A stretch of 64,000 nucleotides of DNA, taken from IMG/VR virus record IMGVR_UViG_3300047510_001118, positions 124,001 to 188,000 of that record. One strand, given 5' to 3'. A model generated the notes under the pieces. That model did not search any database. It worked only from the letters and a program-made list of their open reading frames with translations, and was not told the origin of the DNA. Positions within the stretch are counted from its first letter, which is position 1, and each line of letters begins with the position of its first letter. The position numbers and the translations under genes are program-made. Shown here in pieces: positions 19,181 to 28,965 of this stretch.

Positions 19181-19516
19181 ATGCGCCCTTTATGTCAAAC
19201 CTGTCAGAAAAAACCCTGTGCTGTAAACTATTACAAGCATGGTCGTGCTTATTATAGATCTAAGTGTGATAGTTGTGTAACCGGTGCTACATCAGGTGTA
19301 CCTAGATGGTATCAACTAGGTTACAGACAAAAAGACTTCTGTGAAAAATGCGGCCACAAGAGCAAATTCAAAGAAATCTTTAACGTGTTTCACATAGACG
19401 GAGATTTAAATAACTGCCGTCCTGCTAATCTTAAGACAGTGTGTGCAAACTGTCAGCGATCCCTACATAGAGAGGGCGTTCGTTGGCGTCAGGGAGACCT
19501 AACACCTGATTTTTAA
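19181..19516 (+). CDS. Small zinc-binding HNH-like protein
   Basis: Four CxxC pairs, FHIDGDLNNC...NL..VCANC, TATAAATA immediately upstream. Confidence 0.75.
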   Translation: MRPLCQTCQKKPCAVNYYKHGRAYYRSKCDSCVTGATSGVPRWYQLGYRQKDFCEKCGHKSKFKEIFNVFHIDGDLNNCRPANLKTVCANCQRSLHREGVRWRQGDLTPDF

Positions 19517-20111
19517 TCTTAGCGTAGAGCGCATCTATGCTGTCATCGTTTTCTAAGATAAAATCAAATTTAGTACCAACCCAGGCAGTTTCGCTGGCAT
19601 GTACGCCCAATCTTTTTAATTCCTGTTGTGCTACATTATGCCCTTGATTGGCAGAAAGTGCTAGATTATACCATGCGGGTAATTCACCACGCTTGACCCA
19701 AACAATGGTTCCGCCGGCACGTTTGATTGATTCAATTTCGTTAGGAAAACGGCAGTCACTGATCACAACATCATCTTTAGAGTTACGTAGTTTATTTTCT
19801 AGGCTGGCAATCCAAGTGTCGTCATGGAATCCTTTACGACATACTTCTGTGCCCCAATATTGTAGTACCCAACGTGGAGTTAAATTAGGCATGTCTAGGC
19901 GTTCTGCCCACCACGGATCTACCTGCTCACGCCATTCGCGAGCGGCCTTGGTTCTGCCTTCCAGCATAGTTCTGTCCCAACCAAAGACTGCCGCACAGGC
20001 ATCTTTTAAAGTATTGGCGAAACTTTCGCGTCTAAATTCATGGAAATTAACTAGATAGTCGGCAATAGTATCTTTGCCCGAACCAATAAAACCACACACA
20101 CCTATAATCAT
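19431..20111 (-). CDS. Deoxynucleoside monophosphate kinase (T4 gp1-like)
   Basis: P-loop GFIGSGKDT, FA..LK, TPR..LQ..GTE, VISDCRFPNE, HASE. Confidence 0.92.
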   Translation of the reverse strand: MIIGVCGFIGSGKDTIADYLVNFHEFRRESFANTLKDACAAVFGWDRTMLEGRTKAAREWREQVDPWWAERLDMPNLTPRWVLQYWGTEVCRKGFHDDTWIASLENKLRNSKDDVVISDCRFPNEIESIKRAGGTIVWVKRGELPAWYNLALSANQGHNVAQQELKRLGVHASETAWVGTKFDFILENDDSIDALYAKIKNQVLGLPDANERPLYVGIADSLHTLS

Positions 20112-20132
20112 ATAGCCTCCTAATGATGCTAT

Positions 20133-20161
20133 ATTTTATATTACAAAACTAAAAAAGTCAA
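20133..20161 (-). promoter_or_regulatory. Sigma70-type promoter for dNMP kinase
   Basis: Minus strand TTGACT (20161-20156), 17 nt, TAAAAT (20138-20133). GGAGG SD follows. Confidence 0.65.
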
Positions 20162-20168
20162 TGGCCGG

Positions 20169-20945
20169 TTAGCCAATTATGAATGTGTAGCCGCGGCCGC
20201 CAGCAACCTGTGTAGCCAAATCTTTTTCAAGGTTTTCAATTTCAGCAGTGGCTTCAGTTTTCAGTGCGGCGCCATTGAGGCTTGATCCGCCGGCTGGGCC
20301 AGCAATATTAGCAAATTTTTCACGGGCCTGGCCCAGCATTAGTTTGCAGTTAGCCAAAGTATAATCTTTGATCCACTGTTGTGCTAGATAATCGTTTAGA
20401 ATGCCAATGTCGGGGCGGTAATTGTAGCAGAGAAGCATGAGCTCCTCGTCCGAATTTCGTGGACGTTGTAGCAGTGTGAGTTTGTGTGATTGACTATGCC
20501 ATTTAAATTCAATAAAACTGCCAAACATACGACCTACCATTTCCTGGTACTGAGCAAATAGTTCATAGGTTAATATACCGCCCATATTGGAGCTCGAAAG
20601 CAAGTATGTGTTTGTGTAGGCTAGGTTAAACGGTTCAAATATTGTACCACCTTGGCCCGAACCAGTTCTTGAACCAATGCTACGGCGGAATATTTGACGT
20701 ACCTCAATAACCTCTTTGGGTAGAGTGTATGTGTTTTGATCCTGTACGGTGGTTAAGAACATATAACTTTCTTCTACTGAACTGTCGCCTCTCTGTCTGT
20801 ATTTTCCTAGAGCACGTTCTAAGGCTGTTTCATAGTGTTTAGGATCTAATTCCACATCAACCATGCCGTCGCCCAGCATGTTACGACAATAGTCATAGAC
20901 TGCTGTTTTTGCCTGTTGTAATTCGTTAATTTCTGTAGTTGGCAT
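20169..20945 (-). CDS. gp13: Neck protein (head-tail adaptor), gp13-like
   Basis: LG..MVDVELD..HYE.ALE.AL..Y, W IKDY..A..K..LG.AR.KF..I.GP.GG..LNG motifs. Confidence 0.85.
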   Translation of the reverse strand: MPTTEINELQQAKTAVYDYCRNMLGDGMVDVELDPKHYETALERALGKYRQRGDSSVEESYMFLTTVQDQNTYTLPKEVIEVRQIFRRSIGSRTGSGQGGTIFEPFNLAYTNTYLLSSSNMGGILTYELFAQYQEMVGRMFGSFIEFKWHSQSHKLTLLQRPRNSDEELMLLCYNYRPDIGILNDYLAQQWIKDYTLANCKLMLGQAREKFANIAGPAGGSSLNGAALKTEATAEIENLEKDLATQVAGGRGYTFIIG

Positions 20946-20975
20946 ACTTTATCTCTTTTGTATATTTACCGTTTA

Positions 20976-22925
20976 TTATACCGTGCCATACAATGTCTTC
21001 CAACCGTCAACGCTGGTGTATATTATTTCTGCCGGGCTAGAAAGAGCCGTGATTTGCGTATCATTGTTGACTGTTAGTGTACAGAAAGTAGAGATATTTA
21101 CAATAACTAATCTCTGTCCTGGTGTACCGTTAGGTAAGTTCACATTATGAGTATCTGACCCACTGTATCCATCTGCTACTGTACAAAATAACAGATTAAA
21201 GTCGAGATCGGTAATAGTTAAGTTTGTATTGATACCATCAAAATCGTATATGTATTCACCTTGAACAACCGGATTAGCGGCTGTGGTCTGTACAGTACCG
21301 TCTCCAAACTGTAGTGTTCCGGGTAGTTCTGTGGTTGCGTCATTTCTAAATACCCAACGGTGCTCAAACGCATTACCCGGCTCCAACATTTCAATGCTGA
21401 AATCCCTATATGTGGGATTGCCTTCTTGATACACACTACCAATGATTACTCCGCCGGGTGTTACCAGTGTACCGTTAGATGTAAACTCCCAAGGACCGGT
21501 CTGTAGGGGCGTAGTATTTCTAAATGTATAGGTAAAACCTGCAATAAATTCAAAACCTGGAACATTGATACTACAGATATCTCCAGGAACAATATCAGTT
21601 GATACAACTGGCAACCATTCTGGTGCTACTTCTGAGCCAGCATTGATTTCCCAGCCAGCACCAACTACAGTAATATCATCGTTTGCGGAAATATCTACAA
21701 CAAGAAGGTCAAGACTGCTGCCCACGATTGCTTCTGCTGATACAGTTGGATAACGACTGGTCTCTATAGTTAGGTCTTCATTCGTGGCCACAGAAATAGT
21801 TCCACCGTTGCCTGATGGAAATACGAGATTACTATATAAAAACACATCACCAGATGCAGTGATTCCGCTAGGTAGAGAAAGATTGCCGTCGGCATCAAAC
21901 ACAAACTCTATTGAAGAACCTTCCAGATTATTTAGGCCGATAGTTATATTGCCATTGGATCCTTCGTTGTAGTTAGCACTCTGTATGGTTAGAGGATAGG
22001 TACTAGCACCTAATCCAGGATTGGCTTCAGCATACTGAACACTCCAATATAGTCCACCATCAAGCACACCTGTCACAGTTCTCTGTACATCATTACCGAA
22101 TGTAATGATCCATCCTGCCTGTACTTGATCAGTGTCTGTGTTCTTAGGAATTTCTAATACGCTGGCTCCGCCCACGTAGTCTACTGTGTCTCCGGCAGCA
22201 TTTAACGGAACTTCAATAATAGTACCAGCGGCTAATACAGTAGCAGTATTTTCTATGGTAGCACTACCTGGTAGTCTTAACCTGCCTTGATCGTCAAATA
22301 TCCAAGCCTTGCTAGTTTCGGTGTTTGCGTTGGTAACTACAGCAAATCCAAGATCGCTATAGATAACTACTCCAGGTTCGCTTTCACCTATTAGACCATT
22401 GCTACTGCCCGGTAGTTGTAGGCCGCCGTTGTTGTTAAATGTCCAGGTGCGTGTTTGTCCGTCAACGCCAAAGTCTGTGGTAATGGTCACACGATCGTTG
22501 GTATCGCTGACTCTAACATTGTTCTTCTCACCGCCCAAGAATAGGTCAGCGGTACTGCTATCTATTGTGCCGCCAGCACGAATGTGTATGTGATTAGGAC
22601 TAGTAGGGTCTACAATGAGATATTGATCATTGCCGTAGTTGCCATCGTTATAGTGTAGGCCAGCATCTGGGATTAGTTTGATAGTGTCAAAGCCATAACC
22701 GTCGCCGCTGTCGGCATTTGAACCGTAGAGCACACCTGGTCCAACGACCTTGCTACGCAGATGTGTTCGCTGTCCGTCAAACATTGACAACACTAGTTTA
22801 TCGTCAGGACCACTAGTGTCTAGATAAAAACTTGTTTCACCGTAGGGGCGAATCTCGTTGTCATTCGTTGAGTTTGCGTCATTGCCATCTACCTGGCTGG
22901 TTACTATTTTTCTTATGGTTGTCAT
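20976..22925 (-). CDS. Fibre-like virion protein (649 aa)
   Basis: Gly/Thr/Asp-rich, repeated W/F-x-F-x3-G-x-L-x-LP linkers, between neck and fibre genes. Confidence 0.6.
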   Translation of the reverse strand: MTTIRKIVTSQVDGNDANSTNDNEIRPYGETSFYLDTSGPDDKLVLSMFDGQRTHLRSKVVGPGVLYGSNADSGDGYGFDTIKLIPDAGLHYNDGNYGNDQYLIVDPTSPNHIHIRAGGTIDSSTADLFLGGEKNNVRVSDTNDRVTITTDFGVDGQTRTWTFNNNGGLQLPGSSNGLIGESEPGVVIYSDLGFAVVTNANTETSKAWIFDDQGRLRLPGSATIENTATVLAAGTIIEVPLNAAGDTVDYVGGASVLEIPKNTDTDQVQAGWIITFGNDVQRTVTGVLDGGLYWSVQYAEANPGLGASTYPLTIQSANYNEGSNGNITIGLNNLEGSSIEFVFDADGNLSLPSGITASGDVFLYSNLVFPSGNGGTISVATNEDLTIETSRYPTVSAEAIVGSSLDLLVVDISANDDITVVGAGWEINAGSEVAPEWLPVVSTDIVPGDICSINVPGFEFIAGFTYTFRNTTPLQTGPWEFTSNGTLVTPGGVIIGSVYQEGNPTYRDFSIEMLEPGNAFEHRWVFRNDATTELPGTLQFGDGTVQTTAANPVVQGEYIYDFDGINTNLTITDLDFNLLFCTVADGYSGSDTHNVNLPNGTPGQRLVIVNISTFCTLTVNNDTQITALSSPAEIIYTSVDGWKTLYGTV

Positions 22926-22938
22926 TCAGTTGCCCCTA

Positions 22939-25900
22939 TTAATCCCAAAATTCTTCGCCGTAGAATACCTTGGCGGTCCAATGTATCTTCAATGTCTTTG
23001 ACTCACCGTCTAGACGGCGATAACTGATAGTACCTTCATTCTGTACTAGCCATAGATCATCGTTTTCACTGTCAGTTGATCCACTGGCTACTTCTGTGTG
23101 GCTAATGTGCTGTTCGCCGCTGTCATCAACGATGTGTATGGTTCCTATGAATGTACCCTCGCCTGTGTAAGCGTGATAGTCTATGACAGCACCACGGAAG
23201 TTTGTGGCACCACCAGGTAAATCACTCTTATCCCACCATACCTGCGGAGCACCACCACTGTCGTATCTAAAGTATATAGTGTCGCCTTGATTGTAGGTAT
23301 GTAACGCATTAGTACTAACACCTATCTCGCCTACATCGGTGGTCCATCCGCCGTTGTAAATGTGCCAAGTTATGTTGTCTAAACTGAACTGTATAGTTAG
23401 GTAGTCCTGAATACTAAAAGGACCGGGATCATTTATTATTGCCGCGATGTCTGTTGAACTATCCGACACCCAGAACTTATCGTCATTTACTACTGATCTA
23501 GATGCTGTTGTGGTGATATAGTTAGTGGTCACCGCAGTGACTGACACAGCATTGCTGCCTGATACTTCTTCTATCCTACGTCCTGCTGACGCTGTTGATT
23601 TTACACGACCAACTCCTGCCGCGGATTTCAGCACAGTACCGTCTGAGAATCTAACGCCTTCATTGATCTCGGTTAGATCTAACTCATAGCGTACATAACT
23701 AAATGTTCCTGTGCCATCATTAGCCCAGGATAGCCATTCTACAGCATAGTAAGTGTCGTTGTCAGCAACATACATCACTGCCTTCGAACCTTCAACTGTG
23801 ACACCAAAGTTTCCAGCATAGGCAGTATTAAAGTTGGTGTAGACTCTCGACTCTATGTCTGATAGATCATCCCAACCATCTAGGTTCCATTGTGTACCTG
23901 TTGGACTGACATTGCTGTCCCACACACCTTCTCTGTAGGGATTGTAGACTCCGTCATAGTTAGCATCGCGAGTGATACCAATGCCTGCTCCCTCACCATC
24001 GTCTGCTATGATGACGTCAACTTCTGATCCGCCGGCAGTTTTTGCGAAAAAGTTAGGATCTGTGATTTCTGTTCTTGTATAACTGTAAGAACCGCCGTTG
24101 TTCAACCCCCAACTGTAAAATTCAAACTTGTAATAACGGTCAGTGGTAACATCACGCATCACCAGTTCAGCACCTACGATATTGTTACCAACCTGTCCAC
24201 CTAGTGCGGCTCTAAATGTGGTAAAATCTCTGCCGCCAACACCTACTAGATTGGTCCAACCGTCTGCGTTCCATTCTGTGTTTAGAGGACTTAGGTACGT
24301 GCTATTGTCGTATTCTGTTTCAGCGACAAGGTTGTACAGCCCTTGATTTAGACTTCTGGTCAATACAACACCTGGACTGATTTCGTCACGCACTGATGAT
24401 GTTAGTTCTATGCTAACTCCATCATAGTTACCCGGAATGTTATCTCCAGTGACTCCGCTAAACTGAGGTGTGCTGGTAGATAGTATCTCTCCCAGTTCTC
24501 CTACTGTTTCTATTTCAAAAGTGATGTTTAAACTAGTGTCTGTGCTACCACCGATCTGATTAAACCATATCTTGTATCTCTGTCCTGTTACATATCCAGT
24601 ACCGGGATTGTTTATAGCAGTGAGAAGCAAGACTGGTCCCGCACCTATGATCACATCAAAAGTTGCTCCCTGCCCACTGACCGGTGCTGTGACTGATACA
24701 GGATCACCAAATGTCACAGGCTGTGTGATGAATGGGTCGTTGGTTAGTTCAATGTATGGTTGGACTGACCCAATGCTTACACCAACTAACCCAGGTTCTA
24801 TTTCTGTGACAGTACCGTTGATTAAGATCTCTGTGACATTTTCAATACTAGGTCCAATGCCAGTACCAACTGCGATAGATCCACCACCTAATACAGAGTT
24901 ACCGGTACTGTCTAGAATGTCTCCATCTGCTGGTAGTGTTAGATTACCATTGTCACCAAATGTCCAAGTTTTCTTATCAAGTTGTTCTTGTGTTATTGGA
25001 TCTAATTGTATAGTAGAAATCTTTACAGCATCATTGGTTGTTGTTATGTTTAGTGCTTGATTTAAATCAGTATTGCCCGCAGTATCTGTACCTTGATTAA
25101 AAATACGACCCATAGTACTACGATTGCCATCGGTGTGCGGGAAACTTAAAATAGCCGGTTGATCATTAGTTCCATTGGGAAACACTAATCCCGATCCAGT
25201 AACTTCATCATTAGTTTCATCTACATTTACATAAAACGCAAACCATAAACCATTATTATCTATTGACGGTTGTAAGTCGATTCGATTAGGAACATATCCT
25301 GAAGTAGAACCAACTATAGAGTTTGCTGGAGGTAAAATTAATCGGCCGTCGTCAGTAAATGTCCAAGTCTTTGTCTCTACACTATAAATCGGAATAGTAA
25401 TATCAGATAAACTACCCACATATCCTGATCCAATATTTCCACTGATTCTTCCTGATATTTCTACATAGCCATTCGACGGATCAGTTTCGCCAGTTAGGAC
25501 AAATAGTTGAGACAGAGGACCAGTGAACAAATCATTTGTATCTCCATAGGTAATAATAATATTTGTTCCTAGCTCAAGTCCTGTTAACATTGAATATACT
25601 TCGCCAGGATTGGCTACATACAATTTAACTTCGATATCGGTGGTGCCAATCTGAGTTACAGGATCAAGAGAAGTTAAAAAGTCAAGGTAATTGCTATAGT
25701 TATTGGTGATATCATCAACTAAAGTCTTACTGGTGTTAATAGTAGCATCATTGTTTATGATCTGTGTTACGGATCTTGCTGTATTAGCGATACCAACAAA
25801 CGCTGTACCCTGGAATGAACCATCAGGGAAATGTAAGTTACCATCAGCGCCAAATATAAAACTTTCATTACCAGCGGTTAGTTTAATAGCACCGTTGGCT

Positions 25901-27336
25901 GAAATATTTGAAGGATACGCTGGAAGTTGGCTTGCCCCTATACTAGCAGTCCAACCTGCTCCACCGGCTAATACAACATCGTTTAATGTTATTGTTAGTG
26001 TATAGTCTGATAAACCGTGAACCAACGTACTAAATGTAAATGCGTCTCCAGACGAATATCCAGGATTAACCAAAGTTGGCCAAATATTGTTAAGTTGTAA
26101 AACGGCTGTACCATTTTGTTCGTATTGTATTTGGCCCTCTAGTTGCCAAGGTTCGCTAGTCAATTCAAGAGATGGTTTGCTGATAGATGGTATATAATGA
26201 GTTGAGTCAAATGTCAGTGTGAATATTTGCGAAGTCGGAGTTGGCAATGTTAATCCACCCAAGTAGTCAAATAACCAATACTTGGCAACACCGTCAACGC
26301 TGGTATTTACTGTGACAGCATTTTGTGTGGCAATCACACGACCATAGTCAGTACCGTTTAAGGTTTCGTTAACACCCTCTAAGACAGCACCATTAGATGA
26401 TGTGCTGACTTGCATATAGGAACCGTTGTTAGGACCGTCTGGTTCTACATAATGTTTAATACTAGCAGTAGAGTTGTTTACAGTTAATGTAGAACCTGCT
26501 TCATCTGTAGAAGTTGTAACTGTATCATCACTTATTATTCTAGTTCGTTTTGCGATAACAATGCCAGTAGTTTCTATTTCAATCTGTGATTCTATTTCCG
26601 TTGTTTCTGAAATAGTTCCGCCTACTGTTTCTTCTGAAATAGTAGTTGAACTTGATTTGCCAATAACACCGTTGCTAACGGTTAAATCATCTGGGAATGT
26701 TATACTACCATCATTGCCAAATGACCAACTGTACTCGTCAAGTGTATCGGTGTTCCTTACATTTATATTAACGCCTGGCCCCCAAGCGGTAAGACTAATA
26801 TCTCCGCCTAAAAATTCTGTGGTCAACGGCAGCGATAGTCTTGAAGAATATATAGGACTTGGACCACTCTCATCTACAATTTCTTCAAAACCGTATTGAG
26901 TTTGACTACCGACATACAGTATACCACTAAATCCTATGTTGACGTTACCGTCAACATCTGTTGTGGCTGTGAGACCGTCGCTGGCTGTAGTTGTTGGTTT
27001 GTCTGTAATACTGTCCCAGGTTAACGCCCCGCCTGGAGTGGCTGCTACTTCTCCGTTTACTATGATAGTACCATCGTTGGTAACACTTAGAGGAATGCCA
27101 TTGAAATATACAGTACTGCCTGTGAGATACAAACTACGCCACTGTTTTGTGGGAGATCCTAGATCATACGTATCAGTTACGGCAGGTATGATATGCTGAT
27201 CAACAGCACTGAGATTTAATGCTTCGCCGGCGTATATTTCATTAAAATTTTGATTTACTTTATTAAAAGCATCGCGTACGGTATCCCCGTCTTTGGTGTT
27301 GAATCCGCTACCTAGATTAATCGTTTGTTTTGCCAT
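22939..27336 (-). CDS. Large fibre or baseplate-attached virion protein (1465 aa)
   Basis: N-terminal MAKQTINLG...DGDTVRDAF.KVN.NF.E attachment motif (gp9/gp10-like), repeated linkers, duplicated ~100-aa module. Confidence 0.7.
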   Translation of the reverse strand: MAKQTINLGSGFNTKDGDTVRDAFNKVNQNFNEIYAGEALNLSAVDQHIIPAVTDTYDLGSPTKQWRSLYLTGSTVYFNGIPLSVTNDGTIIVNGEVAATPGGALTWDSITDKPTTTASDGLTATTDVDGNVNIGFSGILYVGSQTQYGFEEIVDESGPSPIYSSRLSLPLTTEFLGGDISLTAWGPGVNINVRNTDTLDEYSWSFGNDGSITFPDDLTVSNGVIGKSSSTTISEETVGGTISETTEIESQIEIETTGIVIAKRTRIISDDTVTTSTDEAGSTLTVNNSTASIKHYVEPDGPNNGSYMQVSTSSNGAVLEGVNETLNGTDYGRVIATQNAVTVNTSVDGVAKYWLFDYLGGLTLPTPTSQIFTLTFDSTHYIPSISKPSLELTSEPWQLEGQIQYEQNGTAVLQLNNIWPTLVNPGYSSGDAFTFSTLVHGLSDYTLTITLNDVVLAGGAGWTASIGASQLPAYPSNISANGAIKLTAGNESFIFGADGNLHFPDGSFQGTAFVGIANTARSVTQIINNDATINTSKTLVDDITNNYSNYLDFLTSLDPVTQIGTTDIEVKLYVANPGEVYSMLTGLELGTNIIITYGDTNDLFTGPLSQLFVLTGETDPSNGYVEISGRISGNIGSGYVGSLSDITIPIYSVETKTWTFTDDGRLILPPANSIVGSTSGYVPNRIDLQPSIDNNGLWFAFYVNVDETNDEVTGSGLVFPNGTNDQPAILSFPHTDGNRSTMGRIFNQGTDTAGNTDLNQALNITTTNDAVKISTIQLDPITQEQLDKKTWTFGDNGNLTLPADGDILDSTGNSVLGGGSIAVGTGIGPSIENVTEILINGTVTEIEPGLVGVSIGSVQPYIELTNDPFITQPVTFGDPVSVTAPVSGQGATFDVIIGAGPVLLLTAINNPGTGYVTGQRYKIWFNQIGGSTDTSLNITFEIETVGELGEILSTSTPQFSGVTGDNIPGNYDGVSIELTSSVRDEISPGVVLTRSLNQGLYNLVAETEYDNSTYLSPLNTEWNADGWTNLVGVGGRDFTTFRAALGGQVGNNIVGAELVMRDVTTDRYYKFEFYSWGLNNGGSYSYTRTEITDPNFFAKTAGGSEVDVIIADDGEGAGIGITRDANYDGVYNPYREGVWDSNVSPTGTQWNLDGWDDLSDIESRVYTNFNTAYAGNFGVTVEGSKAVMYVADNDTYYAVEWLSWANDGTGTFSYVRYELDLTEINEGVRFSDGTVLKSAAGVGRVKSTASAGRRIEEVSGSNAVSVTAVTTNYITTTASRSVVNDDKFWVSDSSTDIAAIINDPGPFSIQDYLTIQFSLDNITWHIYNGGWTTDVGEIGVSTNALHTYNQGDTIYFRYDSGGAPQVWWDKSDLPGGATNFRGAVIDYHAYTGEGTFIGTIHIVDDSGEQHISHTEVASGSTDSENDDLWLVQNEGTISYRRLDGESKTLKIHWTAKVFYGEEFWD

Positions 27337-27365
27337 GTTTTTTGTCCCAAATCGCTCGTTGTTAG

Positions 27366-27386
27366 TATTTATCGCGTCGATAAATA
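27366..27386. promoter_or_regulatory. Back-to-back late-promoter motifs forming a palindrome
   Basis: TATTTATCG-CGT-CGATAAATA between divergent genes (27336 minus; gp14 plus). Confidence 0.7.
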
Positions 27387-27393
27387 TATGACT

Positions 27394-28965
27394 ATGCCAA
27401 GATTAAGCCTTTATCGTCCTGAAAAATCGCAAGATTACAAGTTTTTTGACCGTACCGTCTACGAGATGTTTCAAGTAGGCGGCGTTGATCTATATATACA
27501 CAAATATATAGGTACAGAAGATGCCGATGGTGTCAAAAAAAGTGCCACACAAATACAAGATTTGTTGTTTTTAGAAAATCGAGATCGCAAATATGATCAA
27601 GATATTTTTACAATTCGCGGACATTATCAAACACAAGACATCGATTTTAACCTTAGCCAATTTGGTTTATTTTTAAGCAACGATACACTTTTTGTCACAA
27701 TACACATTAATAACAGTGTAGACACTCTGGGACGTAAAATTATGCCCGGTGATGTTATAGAATTGCCTAATTTAAAAGACGAATACGCAGCCAATGACTA
27801 TTCTCAAGCATTAAAAAGATTTTATGTTGTAGAAGAGGTTAATCGAGCCGCAGAAGGATTTTCAGCAACTTGGTACCCGCACTTATATCGTGTAAAATTA
27901 AAGAGCATTGTTGACAGTCAAGAATACAAAGATATACTTGACAGGCCTGCTGATGAATCTACCTATGCTGGCGAATGGAATCCTAATACAAATTATTATC
28001 CTGGACAAACTGTCAAATATAAAGGAATTCTTTACGAAGTTACACAAGAAGTTGTAGGTAATACAGATGTTACAGAAACAACCATTGAGCCTACAGTTAC
28101 AGACGATTGGGCCACTTATTATACTCTAAGCGGAGATGATACACTTAGAGATCTAATGAGTACTTACGAAAAAGAAATAACAATTAGTAATGCTGTAATA
28201 TCTGAAGCAGAAGCAGATGCTCCCAAAAGCGGATATGACACTTCTACTTTTTACACGGTGGCAGTTGATACAGAATCTGGTGACGTTAATCTTACGCTGG
28301 TTAATTCATCTATAGAAGCAACCACTGACACATTAACTAACGATACTCCGCTGCCATTAAGAAACGGATATTCTGGTTATCTGTTAGATGACGGTATTGC
28401 TACTAATGGTCCTTTACCAGGAGATGCTCAATTTGGTTTTGGTATTCAATTTCCTATAGCGCCAGCCTTGGGTGATATGTTTTTAAGAACAGATTTTTTA
28501 CCTAATCGACTTTTTAAATTTGATGGCCGGCGATGGATCAAGCAGGAAGATGCTATGCGTATGACCATGACCAATTCTGATACCCGTCAAACACAAAAAA
28601 CCAGTTTCATTAATAATACTGCTAAATCTGGTATTAGACAACTAGCATCTGACACAATTAAAATTGATTTGACTGGTGATGAGATATGGGAAGCAGGCTC
28701 ATTCACTGTTAACTTTACAATGAGTCTAACATCTGCTACTATATTAACAAATATTAACTATGACGCAGATTATCTTGTAGAAGTGTGGTTAAATGAAACT
28801 AGCAAGGCCGTGGATGTAGCATTTACCAACGTTGCTGGAAAAATAAACATTGTAATTAATCATTCTATCTATGACGGTACTGCTATTAGATATACTGTCT
28901 ATGACAGAGTAGTAACACAACGACAAAGCCTATCAAAGGCATTAAGACCACAGGCGGATAACTAA
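27394..28965 (+). CDS. gp14: Neck / head-closure protein, gp14-like, with insertions
   Basis: MPRLSLY, DLLFLENRDRKY, FNLSQFG, GDVIELP, GFSATWYPHL. Start at 27394 (or 27388) after TAAATA. Confidence 0.8.
   Translation: MPRLSLYRPEKSQDYKFFDRTVYEMFQVGGVDLYIHKYIGTEDADGVKKSATQIQDLLFLENRDRKYDQDIFTIRGHYQTQDIDFNLSQFGLFLSNDTLFVTIHINNSVDTLGRKIMPGDVIELPNLKDEYAANDYSQALKRFYVVEEVNRAAEGFSATWYPHLYRVKLKSIVDSQEYKDILDRPADESTYAGEWNPNTNYYPGQTVKYKGILYEVTQEVVGNTDVTETTIEPTVTDDWATYYTLSGDDTLRDLMSTYEKEITISNAVISEAEADAPKSGYDTSTFYTVAVDTESGDVNLTLVNSSIEATTDTLTNDTPLPLRNGYSGYLLDDGIATNGPLPGDAQFGFGIQFPIAPALGDMFLRTDFLPNRLFKFDGRRWIKQEDAMRMTMTNSDTRQTQKTSFINNTAKSGIRQLASDTIKIDLTGDEIWEAGSFTVNFTMSLTSATILTNINYDADYLVEVWLNETSKAVDVAFTNVAGKINIVINHSIYDGTAIRYTVYDRVVTQRQSLSKALRPQADN

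Noticed and set aside
24572-25060. Antisense ORFs in the track (also 59056-59424, 29375-29794, 19648-20058, 6121-6537 and others)
   Set aside because: They are shadows of long genes on the opposite strand, with no SD, promoter or recognisable motifs.
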